64,000 bases of DNA from Camelus ferus (Eukaryota). Below the pieces are notes generated by a model that did no database searches, was not told the origin of the DNA, and saw only the letters and a list, made by a program, of their open reading frames with translations. The position numbers and the translations under genes were made by a program. Within the stretch, counting starts at the first letter, position 1, and each line of letters opens with the position of its first letter. The stretch spans positions 13,640,001 to 13,704,000 of the forward strand of contig NC_045713.1 of NCBI RefSeq assembly GCF_009834535.1. The letters are read 5' to 3'. Shown here one piece after another: positions 1 through 14,327 of this stretch.

Positions 1-329
1 CAGGGCTTTGCACATAGAATGTGCTCAATCAATATCTGAACGACTCTGAAATTACCCGATTTATTAATTTACCTGCGTTATTCCTCATACTAGACAGTAT
101 GAGGTTAACAGCTCTCTGCTCAGGCACCGCACCCGACCTCGCTTGTCCCCAAATCCCAGAGTCCCGAAGGGGCAGGAGTCTTGGGATTCAGTAAACATTT
201 CCTACGAATATCTTTTAAAATTTCTATCCAAAGGACAGGCAGCTGGCTACCCCAGTCGCTGCCAGTCTACCCCACCAGTCCCCGGGGCTTCCAAACAACT
301 CTACACCCCCACCTCCGGGCCGGAGACGC

Positions 330-860
330 CTCTGCCACCTTCCGCTTCCTGACGCGGCGGCCAGTGCCCACAGCAAAGATGTCGCCGAGCTCGCGGTGCT
401 GGTGACGTCACAGTCGCTGCGGGAGGTGACGCCATCTCAGCGCGCCGATTGCGCAGCGCGGCGACCGTGCGGAGTGGCGCGCCGGTCTCCCTCACGCGGC
501 GGCAGGCAGCGGCGACATGGCGGAGCCCGCGGCCGGAGTGGGCCGCTTCAAGTCCAAGTAAGCCGCCACCCGGGAAGGGAGCCGGGCTCGCGGCCGGAGT
601 AGCGAAGGCGTTCGCTTGGCTCCGGCACCCATTCGGGTTTGGGGAGGTGGTGAGGGTTGCGTACGACAGGTCCGCGCGGTCGTGGCGGCTGCGATATTAC
701 AAAGTGGAAGAGGCTGCACTGACAGCTCTCGCGGACGGCGGGCACTGGAGTGCGGCCGGGTTACTTAAACTTGGAGCGGGTTTGGGGGTGAGGACGAAAA
801 ACCCTAGAGGAGGAGGAAGGGGCGGGCTGAGCACCGTCGAGGCTGGTCCTGGGAGCGGGA
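330..860. promoter_or_regulatory. CpG-island promoter of TBL3 with tandem ETS/GABP-like CTTCC motifs (about 338-350) and a full CRE palindrome TGACGTCA (403-410)
   Basis: Dense CpGs around TBL3 exon 1; motifs read directly from the sequence. Confidence 0.75.
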
Positions 861-3800
861 CACCCCACCTCCTAGGGGTAGAGAAAAAACCACTACGCCT
901 AGGTTGGGCGACCTGCTGCCCCATTTCTCCAGCGAGCAGGAAGAGAAGTCAGACGCCGCCTAACCATATGGAGCGCAATCTGATGGGATAAACGTATTAA
1001 AGCAAATAATTTCCATCAGTGGCTGTGACAAGCACTAGCAAGGGGAAGCCCGGGTGCTGGGATGGCTGACTGGGTTTGGAGGTTGAGGGGGTGCTCCATT
1101 TCACCTTGTTAGTCAGGCTTCTTCCAGTAGAGTTAGCCAGGCACCTTTGAAATTCTGGAGGAGAAGCCCAGGTCACAGGCAGGAAATAGCCTGGGTGAAT
1201 GGGAAAGGTCAGCAGAGGCTTCTCCAAGCAGGGTTTTGTAAACAAGTAAGGAGAGAGGAGGGTTTGAAGGCAGGGTGGCAACATAAACAGAGTTATATTC
1301 TTAGCAGCTTCTCTGAGAGCAGAGTTTGAGAGAGTGGTAGAGACCTGGCGGAGAGGCTGGAACAACTGTCCAGAGAGGAGAGTGCAGTGGCCTGGACCAG
1401 CATGGAAGTAGCTGAGAGGGAGTGGAGAGGACATATGATGCCACCGAAATGAGGGCAGCTTGGAGAGTGGGATGGAGGAAGGAGCCAGGGTTAGGGAAGA
1501 GGTGGCCTGGACCTCAAGGATGAAGATGTTGAAGAGGATGCTACTCTGGGTTGGTACCCAGGCCTGGCCTCCCATGGCCAGCAGGGGGGCCCCCAAAGCC
1601 TGGCCTGCTCGGTAGTGGGGAATCTCTGAGAAGACTGGGCTGTTGGACTGCCTGTGCTGCCCTGGGACTGGTGTGTGTCAGCGTCCAGCTAGGGTCCCAA
1701 ATCTTCTGTAACATAGGGATACCAACACCCACCTCACAGTGTAGCTGAGAGGGTTAAAGAAGATAACAGAAGAGTTCATGACCCTCTCTCCCCCATGTCC
1801 CCTCCATCCCTGCTGCTGCCCAGAAACTCCTCAAGGGCAGGTCCCTATTGCGTTGACCTCTGGGAAAGCACCTAGTATAGAGCTGGCACTGGGGACCAAG
1901 GGTTGGGTACCTCACTGTCTTCTGTCTTCCCTCCAGTTATGCTGTCGAGCGCAAGATCGAGCCTTTCTACAAGGGCGGGAAGGTGCAGGTACCAGCCCAG
2001 GGAGGGGCAGAGTTGGCAGGGTGAGGCAGGGGTTGCAGAGTGTTACCTTGGCTGAGACCCCTTTGTCACCAGCTGGACGAGACTGGGCAGCACCTTTTCT
2101 GCGTCTGTGGTACCAGAGTCAACATCCTGGATGTGGCCTCAGGGGCTGTGCTGCGGAGCCTGGAGCAGGTGAGGGCTGAGAGGGTTGGGGTGAGGGGCTG
2201 GTGTGGAGGGCAGCCTTGTCTCATGGCTGGTGCTCTATGTCTACTCTCAACCCTCAGGAGGATCAGGAGGACATTACTGCCTTTGACCTCAGTCCTGATA
2301 ATGAGGTATATGGAACAGGGACAGGAGGTGGGCTCCGGTACATCCCAAGCAAACTGAGTTGATGAGGACAGCGTCCATGCCTCAACCCCCAGCTGAACTG
2401 CATCCTCCCCCAGGTGCTGGTGACAGCTAGCCGGGCACTGCTGCTGGTTCAGTGGGCCTGGCAAGAGGGCAGCATCACCCGCCTGTGGAAGGCGATACAT
2501 ACAGCCCCTGTGGCCACCATGGCCTTCGACCCCACCTCCACACTGCTAGCCACAGGTAGGACCTTGCTGGATGGGTGGGTTGGCTGGAACCAGGCAGGGG
2601 GCTTTGGGCACACCAGCCCTCTCCCCACTTCAAACACATTCCTACAGGTGGCTGTGATGGGGCCGTGCGTGTCTGGGACATCGTGCGGCATTATGGGACA
2701 CACCACTTTCGGGGCTCACAGGGTGTCGTGCAGTGAGTAGAGGCTGCAGAGGGTGGGTGGAGCATCAAGGTCAGGGTAGCACAGCTCACCAGCCCCACCC
2801 CACCTGCTTGCAGTTTGGTGGCCTTCCACCCGGAACCCGCACGCCTGCTACTCTTCTCCTCAGCTGCAGACACCGCCATCCGGGTGTGGTCGCTGCAGGA
2901 CCGGTCGTGCCTGGCCGTGCTGACTGCCCACTACAGTGCTGTCACCTCTCTGACCTTCAGTGCCGACTGCCACACCATGCTCAGGTCAGTGACCAGCCAC
3001 CCAGGCCTTAGCAAGAAAGGGAAGGCCACAGCTGAGGCCCAGGAACTGAGATGGCTGTTTTCCCTCAGCTCGGGCCGTGACAAGATCTGCATTGTCTGGG
3101 ATCTGCAGAGCCTCCAGGCCATGAGGACTGTGCCAGTGTTTGAGGTAGGGGCACCAGGGCCAGTGAATGGGGCAGGGTGAGGGACAGGATTGCCACCTCT
3201 GACCCACTCGTCCTCAGAGTGTAGAGGCTGCAGTGCTGTTGCCAGAGGAGCCGGTGCCTGAGCTGGGTGTGAAGTCCCCAGGCCTACATTTCCTGACTGC
3301 TGGCGACCAAGGTGTGTGGGGCTCGGCCAGGGTGGGCAGCAGGGGCCAAAGGAGGCTTGTGGACCTTGGAGTCCTAGCAGCCCGTGTCCCCAAACAGGCA
3401 TGCTGCGCGTGTGGGAGGCAGCCTCTGGGCAGTGTGTCCACACACAACAGCGGTTGCCAGGCCCTGGGCGGGAGCTGACCCACTGCACCCTGGCCCAAGC
3501 CGCCGGCCTGCTCCTCAGTGTCACTGCTGATCACAACCTGCTGCTCTACGAGGCCCGCTCCCTGCAGCTCCAGAAACAGGTGAGCAAGTGCTGCCCCTGC
3601 TCAGCCCATAGGCCTGAGGGTGCCAGCCCTCCACCTACTCGGTCCCTGACCTGTGTCCCTCTCGCCCACCCCTAGTTTGCTGGCTACAGTGAGGAGGTGT
3701 TGGACGTTCGATTCCTCGGGCCTGAGGACTCCCACATTGTCGTGGCCTCTAACAGCCCCTGCCTGAAAGTGTTTGAGCTGCAGACGTCAGCCTGCCAGAT

Positions 3801-6625
3801 TCTCCATGGCCACACAGGTGAGGGCACTGGGCCAGTGCCCCCGGGACCTCATACTGGACTGGATTGCCCCCACTTGCCATAACTGATCTCTAACCCCTCC
3901 CCCTCCCCCTTCTCCCAGACATCGTCTTGGCCTTAGATGTCTTCCGGAAGGGGTGGCTCTTTGCCAGCTGTGGCAAGGTGAGGCACTATAAAAGGTGAGG
4001 ATACAGGTACCCAGGTGGGGAAGCCCAGCCCAGGATCTGTCCTCATCCCTCCCATCCCCAGGATCAGACCATCCGCATCTGGAGGATGAACAAGGCTGGT
4101 GAGGTGACCTGTGTGGCTCAGGGCTCTGGGCACACACACAGCGTGGGCACCATCTGCTGCTCGAGGTAGCGGTTCAGGGCTGGGTCCAGCGTGTCATGGA
4201 GGCAGAGGCCCAGGCCCTGCTGATGGGGCTCCAGCTTAAGGAGATGGGAGGAGGAGGCGGCGGCTTTGGCCTTTGCTCACTGGGTCTCCAGGGATATGGA
4301 ATGGAGAACAGGGGCACCCCTACATGCCATTATTGGGGGTTCCTTGGAAGTGGCCTTGAGGCTGGGTGGATAAAAGGGGAGGGGTGTCACAGCGGGGAAG
4401 GTGACACTGAGCAAGGCCCAGGTGGAGAAGGTACTGTTTAGAGCTGGAGGTCTCGTGGTTGGAGCCCAGTCGCCTGGTATGACAGCACTGAGGGCGGGCA
4501 GAGTAGGCTTGAGGGCGGGCAAGTGGTCCTAGATGTGTATAGGGTTGACATGAGCAGTTCCCTTTCGGAGACAGTCTGTCTTTCTGGTCTGGACCAAGGT
4601 CTGACAGACCTGAACTATGGTGCACTGGCAGACAGGGCCAGCCAGGGCTCAGCAGGTGTCTCCCCGTCCCCCAAATCGGTCCTTAGGCTGAAGGAGACCT
4701 TCCTGGTGACAGGCAGCCAGGACTGCACAGTGAAGCTGTGGTCCCTCCCCGAAGCCCTGCCGTCCCCAGGCTCAGTCCCAGTCGGGGGCCCTGTCCTCCT
4801 CCAGGCCCAGGCCACGCAGCGCTGCCATGATAAGGTAATGGCACACAGCACCAGGTGGGGCATGGTGAGGCCCCTGCTGGGACAAGGGTCTGAGCTGCTG
4901 CCCCCTCACATCACCAGGACATCAACAGTGTAGCTGTTGCCCCCAACGACAAGCTGCTGGCCACAGGGTCACAGGACCGCACAGCCAAACTCTGGGCCCT
5001 GCCACAGTGCCAGCTGCTGGGAGTCTTCTCAGGCCACCGACGGGGCCTCTGGTGTGTTCAGTTCTCACCCATGGACCAGGTGCTGGCCACAGCCTCAGCT
5101 GACGGCACAGTCAAGCTCTGGGCGCTGCAGGACTTCAGCTGCCTCAAGGTAAGCTGCCCTTACCCCAGGCGAGGCCCTCTGGCTGGCATTTCACACCTTC
5201 CCCCACCCCACCTTGCAGACTTTTGAGGGGCATGACGCTTCTGTGCTGAAGGTGGCCTTTGTGAGCCGCGGTACCCAGCTGCTGTCCAGGTGAGTGGGCT
5301 GAGGGCGGGGTGGGACTCGGGGTGAGCTGGGGGGCAGGCCCCAAGGCTGAGCCCTCTCCCAATCCCAAACCCAGTGGCTCTGACGGGCTTGTGAAGCTCT
5401 GGACCATCAAGAACAACGAGTGTGTGAGGACGCTGGACGCCCACGAGGACAAGGTCTGGGGGCTGCACTGTAGTAGGCTGGATGACCACGCCCTCACCGG
5501 CGCCAGTGACTCCTGCATCATCCTCTGGAAGGTGCATGGGCTGGTGGGGGTGGAAAATGGGCAAGGCAGCATGGGCCTGCCTGCTGACCCCATTCTGACC
5601 CCAGGATGTGACCGAGGTGGAGCAGGCAGAGGAGCAGGCCAAGAGAGAGGAGCAGGTGGTCAAGTAAGTCCGGGGGTCTCTACCTGGCCCTGCTTGGGAG
5701 TCCCACGCATCAGTGTCAGCCCCTTGGAGTAGGGCGCACAGGCTTCCCTTCTCTTTATAGCCTGTGGGAACCAAGGCTTGGACCAGCAACACAGCTTCCC
5801 ACCAGTGGGTGCTCTGCTCCAGGCTTCAGACCCCTGATGGCTCTGCCTTTAGCTCCAGCCAAGTCTCCCAGTGGCCCTGTCCCCTGTCCTCCCTCCTTCC
5901 CCCACCAGGCAGCAAGAGCTGGACAATCTGCTCCATGAAAAGCGGTACCTGCGGGCACTGGGCCTCGCCATCTCCCTGGACCGGCCCCACACGGTGCTGA
6001 CCGTGATCCAGGGTCAGTGCTGCCTCAGGGGCTGGACAGGAAGGGCAGGGTTGGAGGGAGTCTCAGAGATCTGTGGTGTCCCTTCCCTGGGGCTCAATCT
6101 CCCCTCCTCCCACAGCCATCCGAAAGGACCCTGAGTCCTGCGAGAAGCTGGAAGCCACGGTGCTCCGACTGCGGCGAGACCAGAAAGGTTCGGGGTGGGG
6201 AGGTAGGGGCTGGATGATGGCTAGTAAGGGGCAGTGGCCCAGCAAGCAGGTCTGACCATCCCTGCCACCCACAGAGGCCTTGCTGCACTTCTGTGTCACG
6301 TGGAACACCAACTCACGGCACTGCCATGAAGCCCAGGCTGTGCTAGGCGTGCTCCTGCGGCATGAGGCCCCTGAAGAGCTGCTGGCCTATGAGGGTGTTC
6401 AGGCCTCACTTGAGGCCCTGCTGCCCTACACCGGTACGTGGGCACAGCCCAGGTCGGGGCAGGAAGAATCCAGCTGGCCCCCATGGACCCCTGACAGCCT
6501 TCTGTTTTCCCCCAGAGCGGCACTTCCAGCGGCTCAGCCGGACACTGCAGGCGGCCACCTTCCTAGACTTCCTGTGGCACAACATGAAGCTGCCCCCCCT
6601 CCCCGTGGCCCCCTCTGCCCTCTGA
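517..6625 (+). CDS. TBL3: Transducin beta-like 3 (UTP13, SSU-processome WD40 protein), 22 coding exons, 800 aa. Exons: 517-557, 1937-1988, 2073-2168, 2258-2305, 2414-2555, 2648-2732, 2814-2984, 3069-3144, 3218-3311, 3398-3579, 3676-3817, 3919-3977, 4062-4165, 4687-4834, 4918-5148, 5219-5289, 5375-5531, 5605-5663, 5909-6012, 6116-6187, 6275-6433, 6516-6625
   Basis: Spliced translation MAEPAAGVGRFKSNYAVERKIEPFYKGG... with WD repeats (GHTDIVLALDVF, GHRRGLWCVQFSP, GHDASVLKVAF) and a Utp13 C-terminus (RHFQRLSRTLQAATFLDFLWHNMKL) matches recalled mammalian TBL3. All junctions GT-AG, exon phases consistent, total 2403 nt. Confidence 0.97.
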
Positions 6626-6974
6626 ACATGCAGAAAGATGGACTTTGCCATCTCGGCACGCTGTGTCTGTCTGAGCTTTGTCTCACCCCAGGTCTTGGCC
6701 TCCAACCAGCTCCATCCCCACCCCTGGCCTGGCTGAGATCCAGCAAGCCCCGCCCCTCAGTACAGACACCGTAGCAGTGTGGGTCCATCAGGAGAGCTTT
6801 ACTCAGGACAAGGCGGGGTGTAGCCTCCTGGCCTCACCCACTTGGGGTCAAGTGCTCCTCCCACAGCCCTGGGGCTGATGTGGCTGCTATCAGTCATCCC
6901 TGGAGTTTGGAGCTTCTGGGCTGCCGCTCCAGTTATGGGGTGCACAGCGCAGCCCTCCACCAGGTTCCACACAC

Positions 6975-9076
6975 TCAAAAAGGTCCCTGACCCTCTGGGT
7001 CCCTCCTCAGTGCCCTACGGGTGATGGTGCAGCACCGGCTCTGAATAGCACTCAGTGGTGGTCGGGCAGGCACAGTAGGGGGAAGGGTCTTGGCCTGGGG
7101 GCACTTGGGGAAGTTTCGGGCCTCTCCCTCTCTGTCCTCCCCACCATCTGCCCCAAGGTGGAGCCATGGCCCGCTAAGGACTGTGCCCAGCCCGTCTGGC
7201 TGCAGTATTGTAGCTGGGAGAAGACCAGTGCGGCCACCAAATCTGTGAATAAGATGAAGTTTGGTTAGCTAGACTGGGCACCCCCACCCCACCCCACCCC
7301 CACCGAAGCCCCCACACACACCTGCACAGCCACCAGCCGCGGTCGGACGTTTCCAGCACACACACATGTGCCCCTGCAGGCACTGACAGCTCATCAGCTT
7401 GGCTGCCCTCAAAGGCACGGGAAGCACAGAACTGGGACCCTGGAGTGGATGCTTTGTGGTCACCATGGGGGCCACAGAGGCCAGGGCCTCACCTGTCGGT
7501 CCCCCCCCCATTTGCTGAATCACCACCTCCAGGCTCTCCCCATTTGGATCTCTGCAGACACCAGGGACCACTCTAAAACTCCCTGGGGCGCTGGCTCACT
7601 AGAGGGACCAGTCACACTACAGGGCTGCTCTCACCACCTAGTCATCCCCTGGCTTGAGTGCTCCCTGTGGTCCACCCGTGATGTACACTGCCCAGTAGTG
7701 CTGCTGGGTGTGGGGAGGAGGGTTAGTCTCGTACCACTGCTCACTAGGGACCGACCCCCATCTCGTCCCTGGCCCGGGGCCACCTCCTCCAGGTAGGGAG
7801 CAGGAAACCATGCCATCTGCTGGTCCTCGTTCGCCACCAGCCACCAGCCTGTGCCCAAGAGGTGGGTAGAGGTTCAGATCCTGAGGCCCCTTGGGATCCA
7901 AGGGGGCAGAAGGTCGAGTCCCCAGACTCCTGCCCAGCCCCACCTGAGGGGTGTCGCAGCAGAACGTTAAGGGCCTCCTGGGCCCGAGCCTGGAAGGGCT
8001 GGCCCCACGCATCCTGGGTGCTGAAGGGCTGCAGGCAACGCAGACTCGGAGCCCCTAGACTGCAGCTGGCAGGGCTGTCCCTGGGGCCTGGTAGGGGCTC
8101 TTCCCGGGCAGGCAGGATCACCAGGCTGGTAAGGGCCAAGGGTGCAGATGAGAGGTGGTTGAGTGGGAAGATTGGGGGTTGGCCAGCCGTCCCTCAGGAG
8201 TCCACCCAGCCTCCAGGCCTTCCCTCCTAACAGGCCCTTAATCCACCCCACCTCCCCCATCTTCCAAATGTTTCTGCCGGCAGGGAGTTGGGGGTGGGTC
8301 AGGCACCTGCCCGGTGGCAGTGCAGGCTCCAGGTCCAGAGGTTGTGGCGCGAAGAAGCCAGTGAGCACCGGGCTGCGGGACAAACGCTCCCCCACAACCA
8401 GCAGCGCCCTCAAATAGGTTTCCAGCAGCCGCAGGCGCACCAGGCCGCGGCCCGTGCGCCCCCAGTGTGCCAACAAGGATGCATCTGTGGGCAAGATAGG
8501 GACAGACTGGGACCTTGCCCTAGGGCTCCCCACATCAGACCACAGCCACTCCCACCCCTCCTGGGACCCCTGCTGGCTGACCAGGAAGTTTGGGGAGAAT
8601 GCGGTCTGATCTCTGCAGCAGGCCCGCCTCCACTGGGAAGGTCTCCTTGAGGGTCTTCTGAGGGTGAGAATAGGCATCTCAGTCTCTGAGGGCCCACTGG
8701 GTTCCCCTGGGAGGGTGGGGGTCCCTTGCCAGGATCTTAGGGGCTGGAGGACCCAAGGGCAGGCACTTGAGAGGGGTGGTCATTGCTGGGTCATGCAGTT
8801 GGGGGAAGTTGGGGTCGCTCCAGGCTCACTCACATGGAGTTTTCTGAACTGATCCCAGCTTCTGCGTGCAAAGGTGTCACTGTCATCCGACCAGTGCACA
8901 GAGAAGGCGAACGTCTGTGGGATGAAAGGGTGGGGGACACCATGGAGGGACTAAGCCAGGAACTCCCTCCCTCCCTCTTGGGGCCGTCAGGGATCCCCGT
9001 TGGTTCCTACCTGGAGCTTCTCTGTCTGCACCAGAGCTGCCCCGCTCACGAACACTGGGTGTCGGGGGCCTGCCAT
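6975..9076 (-). CDS. NOXO1: NADPH oxidase organizer 1 (PX domain, two SH3 domains, C-terminal proline-rich region), 8 exons, 360 aa. Exons in transcription order: 9076-9011, 8914-8834, 8657-8582, 8484-8307, 8125-7944, 7848-7735, 7439-7322, 7242-6975
   Basis: Translation [32 protein letters not shown]...[17 protein letters not shown]...[22 protein letters not shown]...[11 protein letters not shown]...[29 protein letters not shown] junctions in frame, total 1083 nt. Confidence 0.96.
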
Positions 9077-10829
9077 TGCTATGGCTTTCCCAGAACTCTG
9101 TCACAGGCTTCTGGAGTCTGCCAGGTGTAGTCAAGGGTCCTACTGCCTCCCTGCCTGCGTGGGGAGGGGAGTACCCCCTGGGGCACCAGGAAGGCTGTTT
9201 GGAATTCCCCGGCAATGCCCCAGACCCACCAGGTGTTTGCGGCACTTCCCGGCCCCTGACTGGGTCCTTCACAGCTTCCTCACCGCACCCCTAGATCTGG
9301 GTGGGAGGACAGGTGCACAGGGCTTGGTGGGAGGGGCTGGGACTGCTGCCTGAGGCTCTGCTGCTGAGTCTGGGAGGAGGAGGGGAAGCATGAGCCATCA
9401 AACCATGTCAGACCTGGCCAACCCTCCCTGCCCTCCCACGCCCCATGTAGCAGTGACTGGAAAGAGCCACCTGCATGGTGTGCCCCTTGGCTCTGTCTTT
9501 GAACTCCCTGGGGCGGTGACTGCAATTGTCACCAGGAAAGAATGACCCAGCACTAAGGGCTTGAAGTCCTTTGTTTGGCTTAATTTTTATGTAGCAGGAA
9601 AGGTTATTCAATGTCCCCAAGTCACAGAGAAGGAAATTTGTGTTAAATATTGTAAGGTTTCTTTTTGTGTGTGTGTGTTGGGGAGAGACCACAGGCTCAC
9701 CCTATAGGTTCCCCTGTGGTAGGGGGATTTGGGATGGGATGAACAGGGTCCATCTGTAGTCACTAGCATTTGGGGGATGGGGAGGTGGTGACCAGGACTG
9801 TTTTGAGAGTCACCTCCAAACTTACGATTTATCACAGTTTATTGCAAACAAAGCCTCTGAGATTAGGAATGACCATTCCCCCACTAACTGGGGGGTGGGG
9901 GCAGTGAAGGTTAAGGCCCTAGAGTCCCCAGACAGAGGGTGTGCCCAGATGCCCCACATTGCTGAACTGCTTCCTTATAAGGGAGATTTCTGGGGCCCCA
10001 TCCTACCCTGGTATGCAGTGGTTTTGTCTGCTGTTGGGGCCACCACCTCTGTGTTGGGACTTCCACTGCCCTGTACACTCCAGGGAGATGTGAGCCTCTA
10101 GGGCATCCCTCCAGGAAACCACCCTGGCCTCAACAAAAGGCCTTTGTGTATCTGTTTGACCAGCAGCTCTCTCTGAAGCCCTCAAACCTTCCCTGGTCTT
10201 GGCCCAGGCAATGAACAATGCTGACATAGGCCTGCTTTTTGCAAAGTGCCTTCAGCCCAGCTGTCATACTCCTGCCAACCTCAGGGGGGCCCACGCTGGC
10301 CTGGTAGGGTCCAAGGTGGAAAAGATCCTGCTTCCTTGGAAGACAAAGGAGAGAAACTGGAGAAGGGCCAGTTAACTCACAGCCAGGGACCTAGAAGGAT
10401 GCAGAGACCCCCCTTCCTATACTAATTAACAACCCTTGTTCCACACCCCCAGCAACCTAGATTCTTCCCACTTCTTTCCTTCTCCATAACACCTTTCATC
10501 CTGTCACCGGGACAACTACAAGAGCCCATCCTCCCCCAATGCCTGTGCTCCTCACTCACACCCAGGACATCCACTCTCCAGAGGAATCTGCAAAACAGAA
10601 ATGGGATTAAGTCAGGGTAGTAGCCCTCCCCGAAACTGCCCAGCACCTTCCCACAATCCTCAGAATAAATCCTCAACTCCCATGGCAGTTGATTGAGGAC
10701 CTCGGTGGGCCCCTGGCCACCCCAGATCTCTCACCACCCTCCCCAGGTCCTGTACTTTCTGCAAGAGGCCAATACCCTCCTCTCTCCTGCCTCAGCCTTG
10801 ACTGACCTCCTCAACTGATTCCCCGTCCT

Positions 10830-11090
10830 TCAGGCCTCTGCCTAAGGGTCACCTCCTCAAGGAGGCCTCCTGGATTTCCTATACCCTGTTCACAGCACCC
10901 ATCAGTTTGTACCTGAATATTTATTAGTGTGATTTCTCCTTTTGTTTTTGTTTTTTTCCATCTTGATCACTGGACTATGAGCTGAGGACGTCAGGGATGG
11001 GATCTTGCTCCCCACCCTGCCCAGCTCCTAACTGTGTTTGGAACAGATTAGGCACGACACAAGTATTTGCGGAATGAACAAATGCAGGTA
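10830..11090 (+). mobile_element. Degraded L2 3' end
   Basis: Ends in ...GGCACGACACAAGTATTTGCGGAATGAACAAATG, resembling the L2 tail; boundaries approximate. Confidence 0.55.
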
Positions 11091-11863
11091 TGGAAGCAGA
11101 GGTATCCTTGAAGCCACTCCCGACTTCATGCAGGCTATAGGATTCGAGGGCTCTGGATGCACGCAGGAGACACACCGTCCCCTTTGCAGTCACGGCCAGG
11201 CCCCAAGTTGCCTGACTCCCGTTGCCATGGCGCCAGTCGCCCGGGCGGATCCGTGGGACCCCGGCCCCAGCACGCACCGCCCTCTGTGCGCTCACGGCCC
11301 TGCCTGGCGTTGCCATGGCGCCAAGAAACGGCTGCTGAACGCGCCCCCAACTGAGGGCACAGAGCTTAGCCGCGGGCACGCGGGACGGTCAGAGCAAAGC
11401 GATGGGTGCATCGCGGGCCGCAACACAGACGTCGCCTCGGCCGCAGCCCGAGGCCGCGGCACGGCCACGGCGCTGCTTCCACAACACGCTGCTCTTCTAC
11501 TGGAGGAAACGGGAGCCCAAGCCCAGACGACGCAAGTCGGGATCGGGTCGAGGAACGAGGCCTAGGGGTGCAGCCACGACCCGGGCGTCCGGCCTCGCGC
11601 GCACCCAGGCCGCCCGGACCCCTGCTTCCAGCTCTGCCTCTTCCCGGGAGCGGGCCGAGTCCCCGGGCTCCGCCACCTCGCCGGAACCCGGCCCCGCCTC
11701 CGACCCCGCCCCCGGCCCCAGCTCAAGCTCAGCGCCCGCGCCCGCGGCGCGCGCCCCCAGCTCCTGTGGCCGCGCCCTGGCGGCGGCGCGCGCGCTGGCC
11801 TGGAGGCCGACTTGGAGACCCATCTGGAGGCCGAGCTGGCCCGGCAGGCGTTGCGCGGGCAAC

Positions 11864-13783
<1,920 letters not shown>

Positions 13784-13839
13784 CCAGCAGCCAACTGGAG
13801 CCTGTGGGTGGTCTGGCCAGCAGAGAGGGTGGGGCGCTC

Positions 13840-14327
13840 ATTAAAGTGCCTCAGAGCCAGAGCCTGTTGTGTCTCACCTGTGTTGGGTGGTTCCCAGATA
13901 TTGCCCGTGGAGCCCTTCCTCTCTCAAGTTAGGGGTAGAGGTGGAGATGCCCGTTCCCGGCACCCTGATGGCCTCCTCAGCCACCACCCCATGGGGCTGC
14001 AGGTGAAGGAGGCAGGAGCAGCGTAGACTGTCCTTTCCATAGAGGATTCAGCCTCCTGCTCACTTGCCGCCCTGGTGCCCTACTTCCCCCAACAGGAAGG
14101 CAACAGGCCTGGCTGTCTCGCCCCTCCAGGCCAGGCCATTGTCTCCAAACCTTGTAGCTAGGGAAAGCAGATGTGGTTGTAGCCCCAGGGGCTGTGTGCT
14201 GTTTGCACGTCAGGAAAGAGGCTCCGGAGGCTGAGCTCTGTTGCACCCAAGTCCCTGTTCAACCTGTGGCCTTGCCTAGCTGTACCAGGCCTGTCAGAGG
14301 CTTCGTGGAACTTGAGACCAAAATAAA
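13840..14327 (+). terminator. GFER polyadenylation signals: ATTAAA 13840-13845 and AATAAA 14322-14327
   Basis: Hexamers downstream of the stop, each followed by GT-rich sequence. Confidence 0.6.

Noticed and set aside
449-991. 180-aa ORF over TBL3 exon 1/intron 1
   Set aside because: Starts at TTG, is out of frame with TBL3, and is typical CpG-island Arg/Ala/Gly noise
997-1596. 199-aa minus-strand ORF in TBL3 intron 1
   Set aside because: Leu/Ser/Pro-rich translation of a purine-skewed, probably L2-derived tract; no recognisable domain
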